DNA of 64,000 bases from Terriglobia bacterium (GTDB lineage: Bacteria > Acidobacteriota > Terriglobia > 20CM-2-55-15): positions 1,242,917 to 1,306,916 of the forward strand of contig OZ252023.1 of NCBI GenBank assembly GCA_965247425.1. Direction: 5' to 3'. The position numbers were made by a program, and so were the translations under genes. The number at the start of each line of letters is the position of its first letter. Within the stretch, counting starts at the first letter, position 1. Shown here one piece after another: positions 40,366-51,739 of the stretch. The notes below the pieces were generated by a model that did no database searches, had not been told where the DNA came from, and worked only from the letters and a program-made list of their open reading frames with translations.

Positions 40366-40866
40366 GTGTGCGGCGTAGGAAATGGAAATGGTGACAGTGA
40401 TTTGAAGAGACGCCTGCGTCTTTTCGAGAAGAAGTCCAGCCCGCCGCCAGAACTAGATAAATCGACATCTTTCATGGTGTTTGGGAAGGCGATTCAGGCA
40501 GGCGACCTGGCAACGGCCGGCCGGCACCTGGGCACGCTGATGGATCTTTCCGAGAAAGATGGTCTGGCCGCGGCAAAATTCTTTCAGGAACGAACTCAGA
40601 AGGATCCTGAGACAACCCCGAAGACGATGCAACTACGAGGAGCGATTGCCGAAGGGAAGACGAACGAGGCGATGGCGAGGCTGATCGAGTGTTTTGGCCT
40701 GGATGGCCTGCGTGCGGTCACGGCGGTAGAAGCAATGCGGCGGATGTTGGTAGGCGGGCCGCACTTGAGGAATCACTTGAAGGCAGCGGTGGCGATCCGG
40801 CATGAATCTCAGGCCCCTTTCTTCGTGTTCTGTTCTCTCATCCAGATAGTTGCGCGAACGGCCTGA
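40366..40866 (+). CDS. Hypothetical protein
   Basis: ORF only; no recognisable motif. The start is uncertain, with an internal Met at about nt 40474. Confidence 0.3.
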   Translation: MCGVGNGNGDSDLKRRLRLFEKKSSPPPELDKSTSFMVFGKAIQAGDLATAGRHLGTLMDLSEKDGLAAAKFFQERTQKDPETTPKTMQLRGAIAEGKTNEAMARLIECFGLDGLRAVTAVEAMRRMLVGGPHLRNHLKAAVAIRHESQAPFFVFCSLIQIVARTA

Positions 40867-40876
40867 ACGTGCGGGG

Positions 40877-40882
40877 GTATAA
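40877..40882 (+). promoter_or_regulatory. Candidate -10 box (TATAAT) upstream of rpsA
   Basis: Perfect TATAAT 31 nt upstream of the SD (AGGTG) and TTG start of rpsA. A -35 element was not identified. Confidence 0.35.
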
Positions 40883-40913
40883 TCACTACCATCACATTAT
40901 CGAGGTGTATGCA

Positions 40914-42347
40914 TTGAGCCAACCAGAAGAAGATTTTGCTGCGATGTTCGAGGCGTCGGTCGGGGCCAAGAGGTTCGACCGGGGTCAGACCGTCGAGGGC
41001 ACGATCGTGGCCATCGGCGACGAGGTGGCCCTGGTCAGCGTCGGCGGCAAGAGCGAGGCCCAGATCGACGTCGCGGAACTCAAAGACGCCGACGGCAGTC
41101 TGGAAGTCTCCGTTGGCGATGACATTCAGGCCATAGTCGTCTCCACGACCAGAGGCCTCATGCTGTCGCGCAGGGGCGTGCGCAACGCCGCCACTCAGCG
41201 CGAGATTGAAGACGCATTCCAGGACGGCATCGCCATAGAAGGTAAGGTCGAGAATGCGATAAAGGGAGGCTATGAGGTGCGCATTTCCCGGGAGCGCGCG
41301 TTCTGCCCTCTGTCGCAAATCGACATCGTCCGCACCACCGATCCGGCCGTCCACGAGGGGCAGGTCTACAGCTTCCGAGTCATCGAGTACAAAGAAGGCG
41401 GCAGGAACATCGTGGTCTCGAGGCGCAAACTGCTCGAAGAGGAGCAACGCGCTGTGGCCGCCGAGGTCCGCAAGTCCATCGTGCCCGGCGCCGTGCTCGC
41501 CGGAAGGGTCGTCTCGGTGCCCGAGTTCGGCGCTTTCGTGGATTTGGGTGGCGGCATCCAGGGTCTGCTGCATGTGTCCCAGATGAGCTGGTCGCGCGTG
41601 ACCAGTCCCAGCGCCGTCGTGGCGGTCGGCGACCAGATCACCGTACAGGTGCTGCGCGTGGACGCGGATGCCGACAGAATTTCGCTCGGACTGAAACAGC
41701 TCCAGGATGATCCGTGGGCGGGTGTGGCGACCCGATACGAGGTGGGTCAGGTGCACACGGGCCGCGTCACCCGCTTGATGGAGTTCGGTGCCTTCGTGGA
41801 ACTGGAACCGGGCATCGAGGCGCTGGCGCACAGCTCGACATTCGCCCCGACGGGGCGCGCCGGCGGGTGGGCCGAGGCCGTCGCTGTGGGCGCCACCGCT
41901 CGGTTCGAGGTTTTGCGCATCGACCCCGAGCAGAAGCGGATGGGTATCGCAATGATAGAGGAAGGTTCCACCCGCGACTCGGGCGTCCGCGCACCGCAGG
42001 GTGGCATCGTCCCGGGTTCGATCCTGACCGGCAAAGTGGAGCGGCATGAGAAGTTCGGTGTCTTCGTGTTTCTGGCGCCCGGCAAGACCGGCCTCGTTCC
42101 GTTTGCGGAAACAGGCGTGTACCGCGACCAGGACATGCTGAAGGCGTTTCCCCTTGGAAGCGAGGTTGAGGTGATGGTCCTCGATGTTGATCCGGACGGC
42201 CGCCGGATTCGTCTCAGCAAGAAGGCGGTAGCGGATCAGCGGGAGCAAGCGGAACTCCGCGAGTACTCGGACCGACAGGACGCCGACACGCCGGCATCGT
42301 TTGGATCACTAGCCGACAAATTGCGAGGGGCGCTCGACGATCCTTGA
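40914..42347 (+). CDS. rpsA: 30S ribosomal protein S1
   Basis: Multiple S1 domains (GQTVEGTIVAIGDEVALVSVGGKSEAQI..., GAVLAGRVVSVPEFGAFVDLGGGIQGLLHVSQMS...). A TTG start after the SD is likely; the track ORF begins at GTG 40869. Confidence 0.85.
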   Translation: MSQPEEDFAAMFEASVGAKRFDRGQTVEGTIVAIGDEVALVSVGGKSEAQIDVAELKDADGSLEVSVGDDIQAIVVSTTRGLMLSRRGVRNAATQREIEDAFQDGIAIEGKVENAIKGGYEVRISRERAFCPLSQIDIVRTTDPAVHEGQVYSFRVIEYKEGGRNIVVSRRKLLEEEQRAVAAEVRKSIVPGAVLAGRVVSVPEFGAFVDLGGGIQGLLHVSQMSWSRVTSPSAVVAVGDQITVQVLRVDADADRISLGLKQLQDDPWAGVATRYEVGQVHTGRVTRLMEFGAFVELEPGIEALAHSSTFAPTGRAGGWAEAVAVGATARFEVLRIDPEQKRMGIAMIEEGSTRDSGVRAPQGGIVPGSILTGKVERHEKFGVFVFLAPGKTGLVPFAETGVYRDQDMLKAFPLGSEVEVMVLDVDPDGRRIRLSKKAVADQREQAELREYSDRQDADTPASFGSLADKLRGALDDP

Positions 42348-42435
42348 GCCCAACCACGGAATTCGAAATTGTTCCTTACCGGATTCAAGGACTCGAGCCG
42401 GAGATGTGGAGGTCGACCCGGCCGAACAACCTCGA

Positions 42436-42535
42436 AATCCGCACCCTGTCCGAACCCAAACAGCAAAGCCCGGGATCGCTCCTTTCTGCTTCTAAACGGG
42501 GCTGACGAGATTCGAACTCGCGACCTCCGGCCTGA
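42436..42535 (-). repeat. tRNA 3'-end-like repeat, copy 1 (T-arm GCGAG-TTCGAAT-CTCGT plus acceptor strand CAGCCCC-G on the minus strand); no 5' half found
   Basis: Minus-strand gcgagttcgaatctcgtcagccccg at + coordinates 42497-42521. The roughly 100-bp block is repeated at 59614-59705. No complementary acceptor strand (cagcccc on +) was found within 400 nt, so this is not a complete tRNA or tmRNA. Confidence 0.55.
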
Positions 42536-42825
42536 CCGTTCCCGGTCAATCCCGCGTTTTCAATAGTTTCATGGATTGGAGTGGCCATCTGCCACTCATA
42601 CGCAAAGTAAGTCTTTTATCAAGCCATTGACTGCGAAAAGCCTAGCCTAGGATTCGTGCAGTTGCATCTTCACCCGGACCGATCGAACAGTAGGTGACAC
42701 TCGGGGTATCGAGGTCTCTGCTCCCTAATTCATAATTCAAGCTTGATGGAACAATTCCTGACGCGATCTCGTTGCTTTGGAGTCGGTCGGAGGAAGCGGA
42801 TGCTATCGCCAGGAGGAATCGTGAC

Positions 42826-45248
42826 ATGAGCTTGGGTCAAGACGTCCGGTACGGCTTACGAATGCTGGCTCGAAAACCGGGTTTCACGGCAGTTGCTGTG
42901 ATCACTCTGGCGTTGGGCATCGGGGCCAACACGGCCACGTTCAGTGTCGCGAACACCTTGTTGCTGGGCACCTCGCGGCAGGTCGAAGATCCGGCGGAGC
43001 TCACCCGCATGCATATCACATGGGCGAGCGGGCTCGAGTTCGGTTCGTTTTCCCACCCGGATTTCATCGACCTCCAGGAAAGGAACGACGTCCTGACCGG
43101 CTTGATAGCGTCGTCTATCCGGCCCTTCCATCTCTCGGATGGCAATAGCAATGATCGGATTACTGGATCGATCGTTTCCGGCAACTACTTCGACGTGCTC
43201 GGCGTCGCGCCCGCTCCAGGTCGGGGGTTCCTGCCAGAGGAGTACGAGACCGCGGGAACTCACCCGGTAGCCGTCCTTAGCCATGGTCTCTGGCAACGAC
43301 GTTTCGGGGCAGACCCCGGCGTCATCGGTGGCACCGTGTCCTTGAACAACTACTCATTCACCGTCATCGGCGTTGCCCCGCGCGGTTTCGCAGGCGTGAA
43401 CGCCGGGATCGCCACGGACCTATGGGTGACGCTGAAGATGCAGGACATCCTGTTGCCCGGCCCTTCGCTGATGGAAGCACGCGGGAGTCACTGGCTGAAT
43501 TTTGTGATCGGCCGGTTGAAACCGGGAGTCACCCGAGCCCAGGCCGAAGGCTCTCTGAACGGCATCATGGCGCGGTTGATCGAAGAGTATCCGAACACCA
43601 ACGAAGGCAAGAGTGTCACGCTCTACCCCGAGAGTGGCCTGCCTCCTTTCATTCGTCCGGCGTTTGTCGGTTTCATGGGTCTGATGTTCGCGGTGGTCGG
43701 ATTCGTTCTCCTGCTGGCCTGCGCCAACGTGGCCGGCCTGATGCTGGCACGGCTGTCCGCCAGGCGGAAGGAAATCGGCGTCAGACTGTCGTTGGGGGCA
43801 AGCCGGGCTCGACTGATCCATCAGTTGCTCGCCGAGACTATTCCCCTGTGCCTCCTGGCCGGCGGTGCCGGATTAGCCGTCGCCCTGGGATTGCTCCGGG
43901 CGATCCGCACTATGGTTCCATCAGCGAGCTTTCCGATCGACACGAACATCTCGCTGGACTGGTCGGTGCTGGTCTTTACTCTCTCCGCATCCATACTGAC
44001 GGGTCTGCTGTTCGGACTGATGCCGGCCCTTCAGGCGACCCGCCGCGACCTGGTGTCTTCGCTGAAGGATTCCGGGGCGTCGTTGGAAGGGAAGAGATCA
44101 CGAACTCGGCAAGTCCTGGTTGTCGGCCAGGTCGCAATATCGGTCGTCCTGCTGGTTCTGGCAGGCCTCTCTGTAGGCAGCCTGAGCAATGCCCGAAACC
44201 TCGATCCCGGCTTTGCTCCGGACAACATGCTGACGGCATCGATCGAGCTGGGCCTTCAGGGCTACGACGAAACGGGAGGAAGGGCGTTTCGCCAGTCCCT
44301 GATCGAACGGGTCGAACGTGTCCCGGGAGTAGCTGCGGTGGGACTCACCAACACGATTCCGCTGACTTTCTCGACCTCGGATCGTGGTGTCATCCCGGAA
44401 GGCTTCGAGGTCGCCGAAGGGTCCGACAGCCCCAACGTTCTCGAGGCATTCGTCGATAAGGGTTACTTCGATGCGATGGGCATCACGATGCTGGCGGGCC
44501 GAGCCTTCGACCGAAGGGACAACAAGAATGGTCCTGCAACGTTGATCATCAACGAAGCGTTTGCCGAGCGATTCTGGCCGGGCGAAGACCCGATCGGAAA
44601 GTACGTGGAGACCTTGCGCGACAATCATGTCGTCGTCGGCATGGTCCGCACAGGAAAATACCGGACCCTGGGCGAAGCCCCCGAACCCTACATGTATTTC
44701 TCTGCGTACCAGCAATACAGAACTAATACGGTTCTGATGGTCCGAACGGCATCGGATCCGTCATCTCTTGCCGGGTCATTGCGTGAAGAGATTCGGGTAC
44801 TGGATCGCACGTTGCCGGTTTCCGGCCTCACGACGATGCACGAAGCGATGGGCTTCGCCCTGTTCCCTGCCCAGATGGCGGCAAGGGCGGTTTCAGGATT
44901 CGCTCTCCTGGCACTCATCCTCGCCGCGGTCGGTCTGTACGGACTGATTTCTTACTCGGTCAATCAGGGGATGCGCGACATCGCGATCCGTATGGCCATC
45001 GGGGCCCGTCCCCGGGATGTCCTCGGGCGGGTGTTGCGGGGCGGCATGACGTTGACTCTGGCAGGACTTGGTGTCGGATTGGCCGGGGGAGCAGCCCTGG
45101 CCATGGTTGCCGGCACCCTGATGTACGGCGTGGGTGCGACCCAGATCGGCCCATACCTGGCAGCGGTCGCATCGCTGTCGTGGCCACCTACGTTCCAGCC
45201 CGCCGGGCCTCGCGGATCGATCCTATGGCAATCCTAAGAGGCGAATAG
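42826..45248 (+). CDS. ADOP-family (MacB/FtsX-like) permease; 1-nt frameshift near the 3' end
   Basis: SD AGGAGG then ATG 42826. [40 protein letters not shown]. The as-given ORF ends at 45237 with the atypical ...SLSWPPTFQPAGPRGSILWQS. Shifting frame at about nt 45170 (ca versus caa) restores the canonical ...IAVVATYVPARRASRIDPMAILRGE* ending at 45248. Confidence 0.75.
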
Positions 45249-45610
45249 GCGGAGCAGCTTTCCGCGACGAAGCGGGAAGCAGCATGAATGAGATCAGGAG
45301 GGATCTCAAGATCCTTTCGTTTGACTCTTCTTTGGCTGATCAGCTGCCGCGGCTCGCTCCCTCATTGCTTTCCGAAGTTCGCGGATATGTTCTCTCATCC
45401 GAAACTTTGCCTTTCGCAGACGGTTATGACGCGACTTATCACCATTTCTTTGGGACATTGTTACCTCACAAGACAAAATAGGGTCGGGGCCACATTTCTA
45501 CTAACTGATCATAATACACGACTTGACCGAAATGTGCGCCCGTCCCTGTTTTCTGGCGTGGTGATCCGGGGAATACAAGACCGCATGGCTCGGGCTTCCG
45601 AGACCCCCTA

Positions 45611-45772
45611 GGAGCCTGCGCGGCAGAAGGGATCGTAGCGAGAAAGTGGAGAATCGAGGCCAGATTTTCTCGATTTTGAGGCGAATAGTGGTTCTATGTA
45701 ACGAAAAATCGGGGAAATATGGACCGATTATGCCGCTTTCGCAGTAGATCTCTTCTGCCGCGCAGGCTCCTA
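45611..45772. repeat. MITE-like element family 2 (perfect 24-26-bp terminal inverted repeats (ta)GGAGCCTGCGCGGCAGAAGGGATC / GATCTCTTCTGCCGCGCAGGCTCC(ta))
   Basis: Inverted repeats at 45611-45634 and 45747-45770 seen directly. The right end abuts the glgC stop codon. Confidence 0.7.
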
Positions 45773-47002
45773 ATCCAGGACGGTTCCCTTGGCGATCACG
45801 ACGATGCCGTCGTCGGAAATGGTGAAACCGCGCTCGAGGTCTTCCTTGTAGTCGATGCCAATCTCGTAGCTTTCCGGGATGCGGACGTTCTTGTCGATCA
45901 CGGCGCGGTGCACTACTGCGTGGCGGCCGACCTCGACATTGTCGAACAGCACGCAGTCCTCGACCTCGGAGAAGGAGTTGAGCCGCACCCGCGGTCCCAG
46001 GATCGACCGCCGCGCCGTGCCACCGGAGACGACCACGCCTCCCGCCACTAGCGACGCCAGGGCCCGGCCGCGGCGTTCCCCTTCCTCGTGGACGAACTTG
46101 GCCGGCGGATGGGGGTACTGCCAGGTGAGGATCGGCCACTCGTAGTTGTAAAGGTCGAAGACCGGCTGGGCAGCCACCAGGTCCATCGACGCTTGAAAGT
46201 AAGCGTCGATCGTCCCGACATCGCGCCAGTAGTCGCGTTCGCGTTCGACCTGACCCGGCACCTCGTTCTTCCCTAAGTCGTAGACCCAGGCGTCGCCCGA
46301 GTCGACGAGAGTCGGGATGATGTTCGCGCCCATGTCGTGCTTCGTATCCTCGGCGGCGTCCGCGGTCACCACTTCGCGCAGAATGTCGGTGCTGAAGACA
46401 TAGTTGCCCATCGAGGCGAAGGCCCGCGTCGGATCGCCGGGCAACGGCGTCGGCGATTCGGGCTTCTCGACAAAGGAGCGCATGCGCCCGTCCGCGGTGG
46501 CTTCGATGATGCCGAAGGAACTGGCTTCCTCAATCGGTACCGGAATGCCGGCGACTGTGACCCCGGCACCGCTCTCGATGTGCTGGAGGACCATCGGCTC
46601 GACGTCCATGCGGTAGATGTGGTCGGCGCCGAAGACCGCGACGTATTCGGGCTGCTCGTCGTCGATGATGTTGAGGTTCTGGTAGACGGCGTCGGCCGAG
46701 CCGGCAAACCAGTGGCGTCCGGTGCGCATCTGCGCCGGCACCGTGACGACATAGTAGCCGAGCAGTGGCGAGAGCCTCCAGGTCTTCTCCATGTGGAGGT
46801 CGAGGCTGTGGCTCCGATACTGGGTCAAGACTACGATGCGCCGTATGCCCGAGTTGACAAGGTTCGAAAGCGCGAAGTCGACGAGGCGATACAGGCCGCC
46901 AAAAGGCACGGCCGGTTTGGCCCGCTCCTGGGTGAGCGGCAACAGCCGACTGCCCTCACCGCCGGCCAGCACCATGGCGAGAATTTTCTCGCGTAAGGGC
47001 AT
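45770..47002 (-). CDS. glgC: Glucose-1-phosphate adenylyltransferase
   Basis: MPLREKILAMVLAGGEGSRLLPLTQERAKPAVPFGG...; 410 aa. Confidence 0.9.
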   Translation of the reverse strand: MPLREKILAMVLAGGEGSRLLPLTQERAKPAVPFGGLYRLVDFALSNLVNSGIRRIVVLTQYRSHSLDLHMEKTWRLSPLLGYYVVTVPAQMRTGRHWFAGSADAVYQNLNIIDDEQPEYVAVFGADHIYRMDVEPMVLQHIESGAGVTVAGIPVPIEEASSFGIIEATADGRMRSFVEKPESPTPLPGDPTRAFASMGNYVFSTDILREVVTADAAEDTKHDMGANIIPTLVDSGDAWVYDLGKNEVPGQVERERDYWRDVGTIDAYFQASMDLVAAQPVFDLYNYEWPILTWQYPHPPAKFVHEEGERRGRALASLVAGGVVVSGGTARRSILGPRVRLNSFSEVEDCVLFDNVEVGRHAVVHRAVIDKNVRIPESYEIGIDYKEDLERGFTISDDGIVVIAKGTVLD

Positions 47003-47130
47003 TCCTCTTCCTCTACGGTTGTCGGTATCCGTCCCGGGGATCCGGTTTCATAACCCCCGGAATGCTATCATACGCCCGTATCCACCGACTGACGAATCCA
47101 TCACCTAGCGAGTTGTGTCGCACTGAGGCA

Positions 47131-49206
47131 ATGAGACCGAAGCCCTTCAAAATCCGGTACGGCGAGCGGTTACCCGCGGGTGCAACAGGCGGCGTGGGCG
47201 GCGTCAATTTCTCCGTCTTCAGCCGGCACGCGAGCGCGATGTCCCTGCTACTGTATTCCGACGACCAGTCTCTCGATCCGATTCAGGTGATCGACCTGGA
47301 CCCTGTCGGAAACCGCACACACTTCTTCTGGCATGTCTTTGTCGAAGGAGCAGGTCCCGGCCTGTACTTTACCTGGCGGGCGGGCGGACCCGGTGACACT
47401 CGAGCGACCGGGTTTCGCTTTGACGCCCGACACGAGCTTCTGGATCCATGGGCCAGGGTCGTGAGCGACGCGCTGTGGAATCGGAGTCGAGCAACAGCCG
47501 GTGGAAGTGGCCGGAATGCCATTCGTGGCAAAGTCGACGACGACGCCTATGACTGGGAGGGGGACCTGACGGTGGACCACCCCGTCGAGGACAGCATAAT
47601 CTACGAAGTGCATGTGGGTGGTTTCACCAGCCATCCATCGGCCCGCGTCCGAAACCCGGGAACCTTCCACGCTCTGATCGACAAAATCCCCTACCTCGAA
47701 CGGTTGGGCATCACCGACGTCGAGTTGATGCCCGTCATGGCTTTCGATCGACAGGATGTGCCACCCGCCGCAGCGGCAAAAGGCCTCTCGAACTTCTGGG
47801 GTTACAGCCCCTACGGATTTTTCGCCCTCCATCCCGCCTACTGTTCCACCGCGGACGGTCGAAAGGAATTCCGCGACATGGTGAAAGCGCTGCACCGCGC
47901 CGGCATCGGTGTGATCCTGGACGTGGTGTTCAACCACACGGCTGAAGGGGGGGAGGATGGTCCCTCCATCCATTTCAAAGGCCTCGCCAACGAAACCTTC
48001 TATCACCTCGATTCCGGTGACCGGAGGAAGTATCGTGATTTCACGGGATGCGGCAACACGGTCAATTGCAATCATCCCGTGGTCACGCATTTTCTGTTGT
48101 CGTGTCTGGAATACTGGGTCCGGGAGATGCACGTGGACGGCTTCCGCTTCGATCTGGCGAGTGTGCTGGGACGGGGTGAGGACGGGGAGCCCATGTACCA
48201 TGCGCCGCTGATCTGGGCGATCGAGTTCTCCGAGGTACTATCCCACACCAAGCTGATCGCCGAGGCTTGGGACGCCGGAGGGCTTTACCAGGTCGGGGAC
48301 TTCCCTGGATTTCGCTTCATGGAATGGAATGGGCAATACCGGGACACTGTGCGGCGTGTCGTGCGTGGCGAGAACGGACTGATGAACGAACTCGCCTCCC
48401 GAGTGAGCGGGAGCAGCGATTACCACAAAGAAAAAGGCAAGCTTCCAACCAACAGCATCAACTATGTGACCTGCCATGATGGATTCACGCTCTACGACCT
48501 GGTCAGCTACGACAGGAAGCACAATCAGAACAACGGGGAAGACAATAGGGACGGACCCGCCGAATCCTTCAGTTGGAATTGTGGGCACGAGGGTCCCACC
48601 GACGATCCGCAAATCGAGTCGCTGCGTGGCCGTCAAGCACGGAACCATATGGCCATACTGCTCTTGAGCCTCGGCTTGCCGATGTTGCTGGCTGGCGATG
48701 AGGTTCTGAGGACCCAGCGTGGCAACAACAACTGTTACTGCCAGGATAACGAGTTGAGCTGGTTCGATTGGACGCCCACCGACAGTAACGCCGGCATGCT
48801 TCGCTTCACCCGGGAAATGATCGCCCTGCGCAAGCGGCACGCGTCTTTGCGACGGAGCCGATTCCTTACCGGTCGGCCGACTGCGGGAAGAGCCGGAATG
48901 CCGGACATCGAATGGCACGGAGCTCGACTCGGCGACCCGGAATGGGACAATCCCGAATCACGGATGCTGGCCTACACACTTGCCGGGATAGAACAGGACG
49001 AACCGGACATTTACGTGATGCTCAATATGTCACCCGAAGGCAGAGAGATGGCAATTCCCGCAGTCCCAGGGCGGAAATGGCATCGGGCCGTGGACACGTC
49101 GCGGATCTCGCCTGAGGACATCGTCGTGCCAGCGGAGCAGACGCCGTTAGGCTCGCATGCCTACTACGTCGCCGGGAGAACGGTCGCGGTCCTCGAATCG
49201 CGCTAG
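47131..49206 (+). CDS. glgX: Glycogen debranching enzyme (isoamylase, GH13)
   Basis: ...GVNFSVFSRHA..., GH13 catalytic blocks (GVILDVVFNHT, GFRFDLASVL, EAWD). ATG 47131 was chosen; the track ORF starts at 47062. Confidence 0.85.
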   Translation: MRPKPFKIRYGERLPAGATGGVGGVNFSVFSRHASAMSLLLYSDDQSLDPIQVIDLDPVGNRTHFFWHVFVEGAGPGLYFTWRAGGPGDTRATGFRFDARHELLDPWARVVSDALWNRSRATAGGSGRNAIRGKVDDDAYDWEGDLTVDHPVEDSIIYEVHVGGFTSHPSARVRNPGTFHALIDKIPYLERLGITDVELMPVMAFDRQDVPPAAAAKGLSNFWGYSPYGFFALHPAYCSTADGRKEFRDMVKALHRAGIGVILDVVFNHTAEGGEDGPSIHFKGLANETFYHLDSGDRRKYRDFTGCGNTVNCNHPVVTHFLLSCLEYWVREMHVDGFRFDLASVLGRGEDGEPMYHAPLIWAIEFSEVLSHTKLIAEAWDAGGLYQVGDFPGFRFMEWNGQYRDTVRRVVRGENGLMNELASRVSGSSDYHKEKGKLPTNSINYVTCHDGFTLYDLVSYDRKHNQNNGEDNRDGPAESFSWNCGHEGPTDDPQIESLRGRQARNHMAILLLSLGLPMLLAGDEVLRTQRGNNNCYCQDNELSWFDWTPTDSNAGMLRFTREMIALRKRHASLRRSRFLTGRPTAGRAGMPDIEWHGARLGDPEWDNPESRMLAYTLAGIEQDEPDIYVMLNMSPEGREMAIPAVPGRKWHRAVDTSRISPEDIVVPAEQTPLGSHAYYVAGRTVAVLESR

Positions 49207-49520
49207 CAGCCCGTGGTGGAAGTCTGTAGGGTCGCGCGCAGGGGTATTCGGGGCTCAGGCGCGAAATGAGGAGCGGAACGATGCATAGTCCTCGTGACCG
49301 ACGAATGACAAAGCCTGTGGCCCAAAGACCCCTGCGCCCTTCGGGTTACGACGGCATGGGGCCAGCTGCGGCGTTGGCACTCCTAGATCGATGGCGAGCA
49401 TCGCCGTCTTCGATGGGAACCATCGCCGTCTTCGATGGGCACATCGACGTCGTCGTGCCGCCTTGCATCTAGCCCCATGGCGCTCGTAACGCGACCCTAC
49501 CGACTTCCACCACGGGCTGC
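49206..49520. repeat. MITE-like element family 1, copy B (315 bp; contains an internal roughly 20-bp tandem duplication)
   Basis: Terminal inverted repeats gcagcccgtggtggaagtctgtagggtcgcg / cgcgaccctaccgacttccaccacgggctgc. It begins at the G of the glgX stop codon and ends 13 nt before the glgB stop. Confidence 0.8.
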
Positions 49521-49532
49521 TTGGAGCCTCGA

Positions 49533-51710
49533 TCATACTTTTTCCAGGATAATGCCGGCCAGGGGAGGTAGCGTCACCACAATCGAGTAGGGCTGATCCA
49601 TCGCGGGTTGGTCTTCCGCGGGCATCTCCGACGGGTTCCCCACGTCTGTCCCTCCGTAGAAACGGGAGTCGGAGTTGAAGATTTCCCGGTAGGCGCCCTT
49701 TTCTGGCACGCCAATCCGGTACCCGTGTCGCGGGATTGGCGTGAAGTTCAGGGCCACGCTCACACGATTCTCGTCCGCGCGGCGCAGGTAAATCAAGACC
49801 GAGTTATCCGCATCTTCCCAGTGTAACCACTGGAAACCCCGGGCGGCAAAATCGTACCGGAAGAGCGCCGGCCGGCTTCGGTATAGACCGTTGAGATCCT
49901 GGACGAGCCTATGAACGCCTCGGTGTGCGGGCACATCCAGCAGATGCCAAGGGGTGGTCTCGGCGCTGTTCCACTCGTCGGGCTGTGCCAACTCCGACCC
50001 CATAAAGAGAAGCTTCTTCCCCGGGTAGGTCCACTGAAAAGTATAGGTCAAGCGCAGGTTGGCGAAACGCTGCCAGTCGTCCCCAGGCATCTTGCCCAGG
50101 AGCGACTGCTTCATGTGCACGACTTCGTCGTGAGACAGCGGGAGCACAAAGTTTTCGCTGAAGGCATACATCGGGCCGAAAGTGATCTGCTGATGATGCT
50201 GCCGGCGATCGATCGGGTCTTTTGACATGTACAACAGCGTGTCGTGCATCCACCCCATGTTCCATTTCATACTGAAGCCGAGCCCGCCGGCGTGGGTCGG
50301 CTTCGTCACCCCCGGCCACGCCGTCGACTCCTCGGCGATGGTGAAGCTGCCGGGGACCTGCCCGTGTGTCACCTCGTTCAGCTGTTTTAAGAAAGCGATC
50401 GCCTCCAGGTTCTCGTTCCCGCCGTGGACATTCGGCATCCACTCGCCTTCCTGGCGGGAGTAATCCAGATACAACATGGCTGAGACGGCGTCCACGCGAA
50501 GCCCGTCGAAGTGAAAGTCCTCGATCCAGTACAAGGCACTGGAGATGAGGAAACTTCTCACTTCGTTCCTGCCGTGGTTGAAGATCAGCGTACCCCATTC
50601 TTTATGCTCGCCCTTCCGTGGATCCGCGTGCTCGAACAGGGCGCTCCCGTCGAAGCGGGCGAGACCGTGCTCGTCGCGCGGAAAGTGTCCCGGGACCCAG
50701 TCGAGGATCACACCGATTCCGTTGCGATGCAGCGCGTCGATGAGATGGCGGAGGTCGTCGGGTTCGCCAAAACGACGCGTGGGTGCGAAGTAACCCGTCG
50801 TCTGGTAACCCCACGATTCGTCAAGAGGATGCTCGGTCACCGGCAGCAACTCGACGTGGGTAAACCCGAGTTCGCGCACATAAGGGACCAGCTGCTCGGC
50901 CATCTCCCGGTAGGTCAGGACTCCTCCAGCCGAAGTTCGTCTCCAGGAACCCAGATGTACTTCATAGATCGACATCGCTCGGTGCATCCAATCCTGCCGC
51001 ACCCGCTCGTCGATCCAGGCCGTGTCGCCCCACGCGTAAGTTGTGCTTCGAGTCGTGACGGATGCCGTTGCCGGCCGATACTCGTGCTTTTGGGCGAACG
51101 GATCGAACTTGATCCGAACCGATCCGGTGGACCGGTTGCGGATCTCGTACTTGTAGAGTTGTTCGGGGGCAAGCCCTGGGATGAACAGTTCCCAGACTCC
51201 CGAGCGGTTCCGAACCCGCATCGGATGACAACGGCCGTCCCAGTTGTTGAAGTCCCCGATGACGCTCACGCGTTCGGATTCAGGCGCCCAGACCGCAAAA
51301 AGGAAGCCGTCCACACCATCGACCGCTTGTCCATGTGCCCCAAGGAACCGATGCGCGCGAAAGTGATCCCCGCGACCGAACGACTCCAGGTCCGCGTCCG
51401 AGAGCTGCGGGCAGAAGGCGTAGGGGTCGAAGCGTTCGATCACCTTTCCGTCGATCCGCCATCGGATACGGTACGGGAGCGGGAGGGATTCTTCCGCGCC
51501 GCGCCACTCGAACAGATCGCCGTTCTCGAGGCGCCGCATCGGCTCGCCCGTTTCAACGATTTCGGCCTCGTGGACTCCGGGGAGGAACGCGCGAACGACG
51601 ACGCCGTCATCTCCCAATGGGTGTCGTCCCAACACCCGGAAAGGATCGTCGAGGCGACCCTCCAGGAGACGCGCTTTGTCGGACGGATCGATTTCGGTAC
51701 CGCTCTTCAT
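49533..51710 (-). CDS. glgB: 1,4-alpha-glucan branching enzyme
   Basis: 725 aa with a GH13_9 pattern ([23 protein letters not shown], ...). Confidence 0.9.
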   Translation of the reverse strand: MKSGTEIDPSDKARLLEGRLDDPFRVLGRHPLGDDGVVVRAFLPGVHEAEIVETGEPMRRLENGDLFEWRGAEESLPLPYRIRWRIDGKVIERFDPYAFCPQLSDADLESFGRGDHFRAHRFLGAHGQAVDGVDGFLFAVWAPESERVSVIGDFNNWDGRCHPMRVRNRSGVWELFIPGLAPEQLYKYEIRNRSTGSVRIKFDPFAQKHEYRPATASVTTRSTTYAWGDTAWIDERVRQDWMHRAMSIYEVHLGSWRRTSAGGVLTYREMAEQLVPYVRELGFTHVELLPVTEHPLDESWGYQTTGYFAPTRRFGEPDDLRHLIDALHRNGIGVILDWVPGHFPRDEHGLARFDGSALFEHADPRKGEHKEWGTLIFNHGRNEVRSFLISSALYWIEDFHFDGLRVDAVSAMLYLDYSRQEGEWMPNVHGGNENLEAIAFLKQLNEVTHGQVPGSFTIAEESTAWPGVTKPTHAGGLGFSMKWNMGWMHDTLLYMSKDPIDRRQHHQQITFGPMYAFSENFVLPLSHDEVVHMKQSLLGKMPGDDWQRFANLRLTYTFQWTYPGKKLLFMGSELAQPDEWNSAETTPWHLLDVPAHRGVHRLVQDLNGLYRSRPALFRYDFAARGFQWLHWEDADNSVLIYLRRADENRVSVALNFTPIPRHGYRIGVPEKGAYREIFNSDSRFYGGTDVGNPSEMPAEDQPAMDQPYSIVVTLPPLAGIILEKV

Positions 51711-51739
51711 AACCTCAACATGCTATCAAAATAGGCCTA

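Noticed and set aside
42436-42560. Possible complete tRNA or tmRNA gene on the minus strand
   Set aside because: Only the T-arm and 3' acceptor strand are present. Attempts to fold the preceding 50-60 nt into D and anticodon arms failed, and no complementary 5' acceptor strand was found within 400 nt. Reported as a tRNA 3'-end-like repeat instead.
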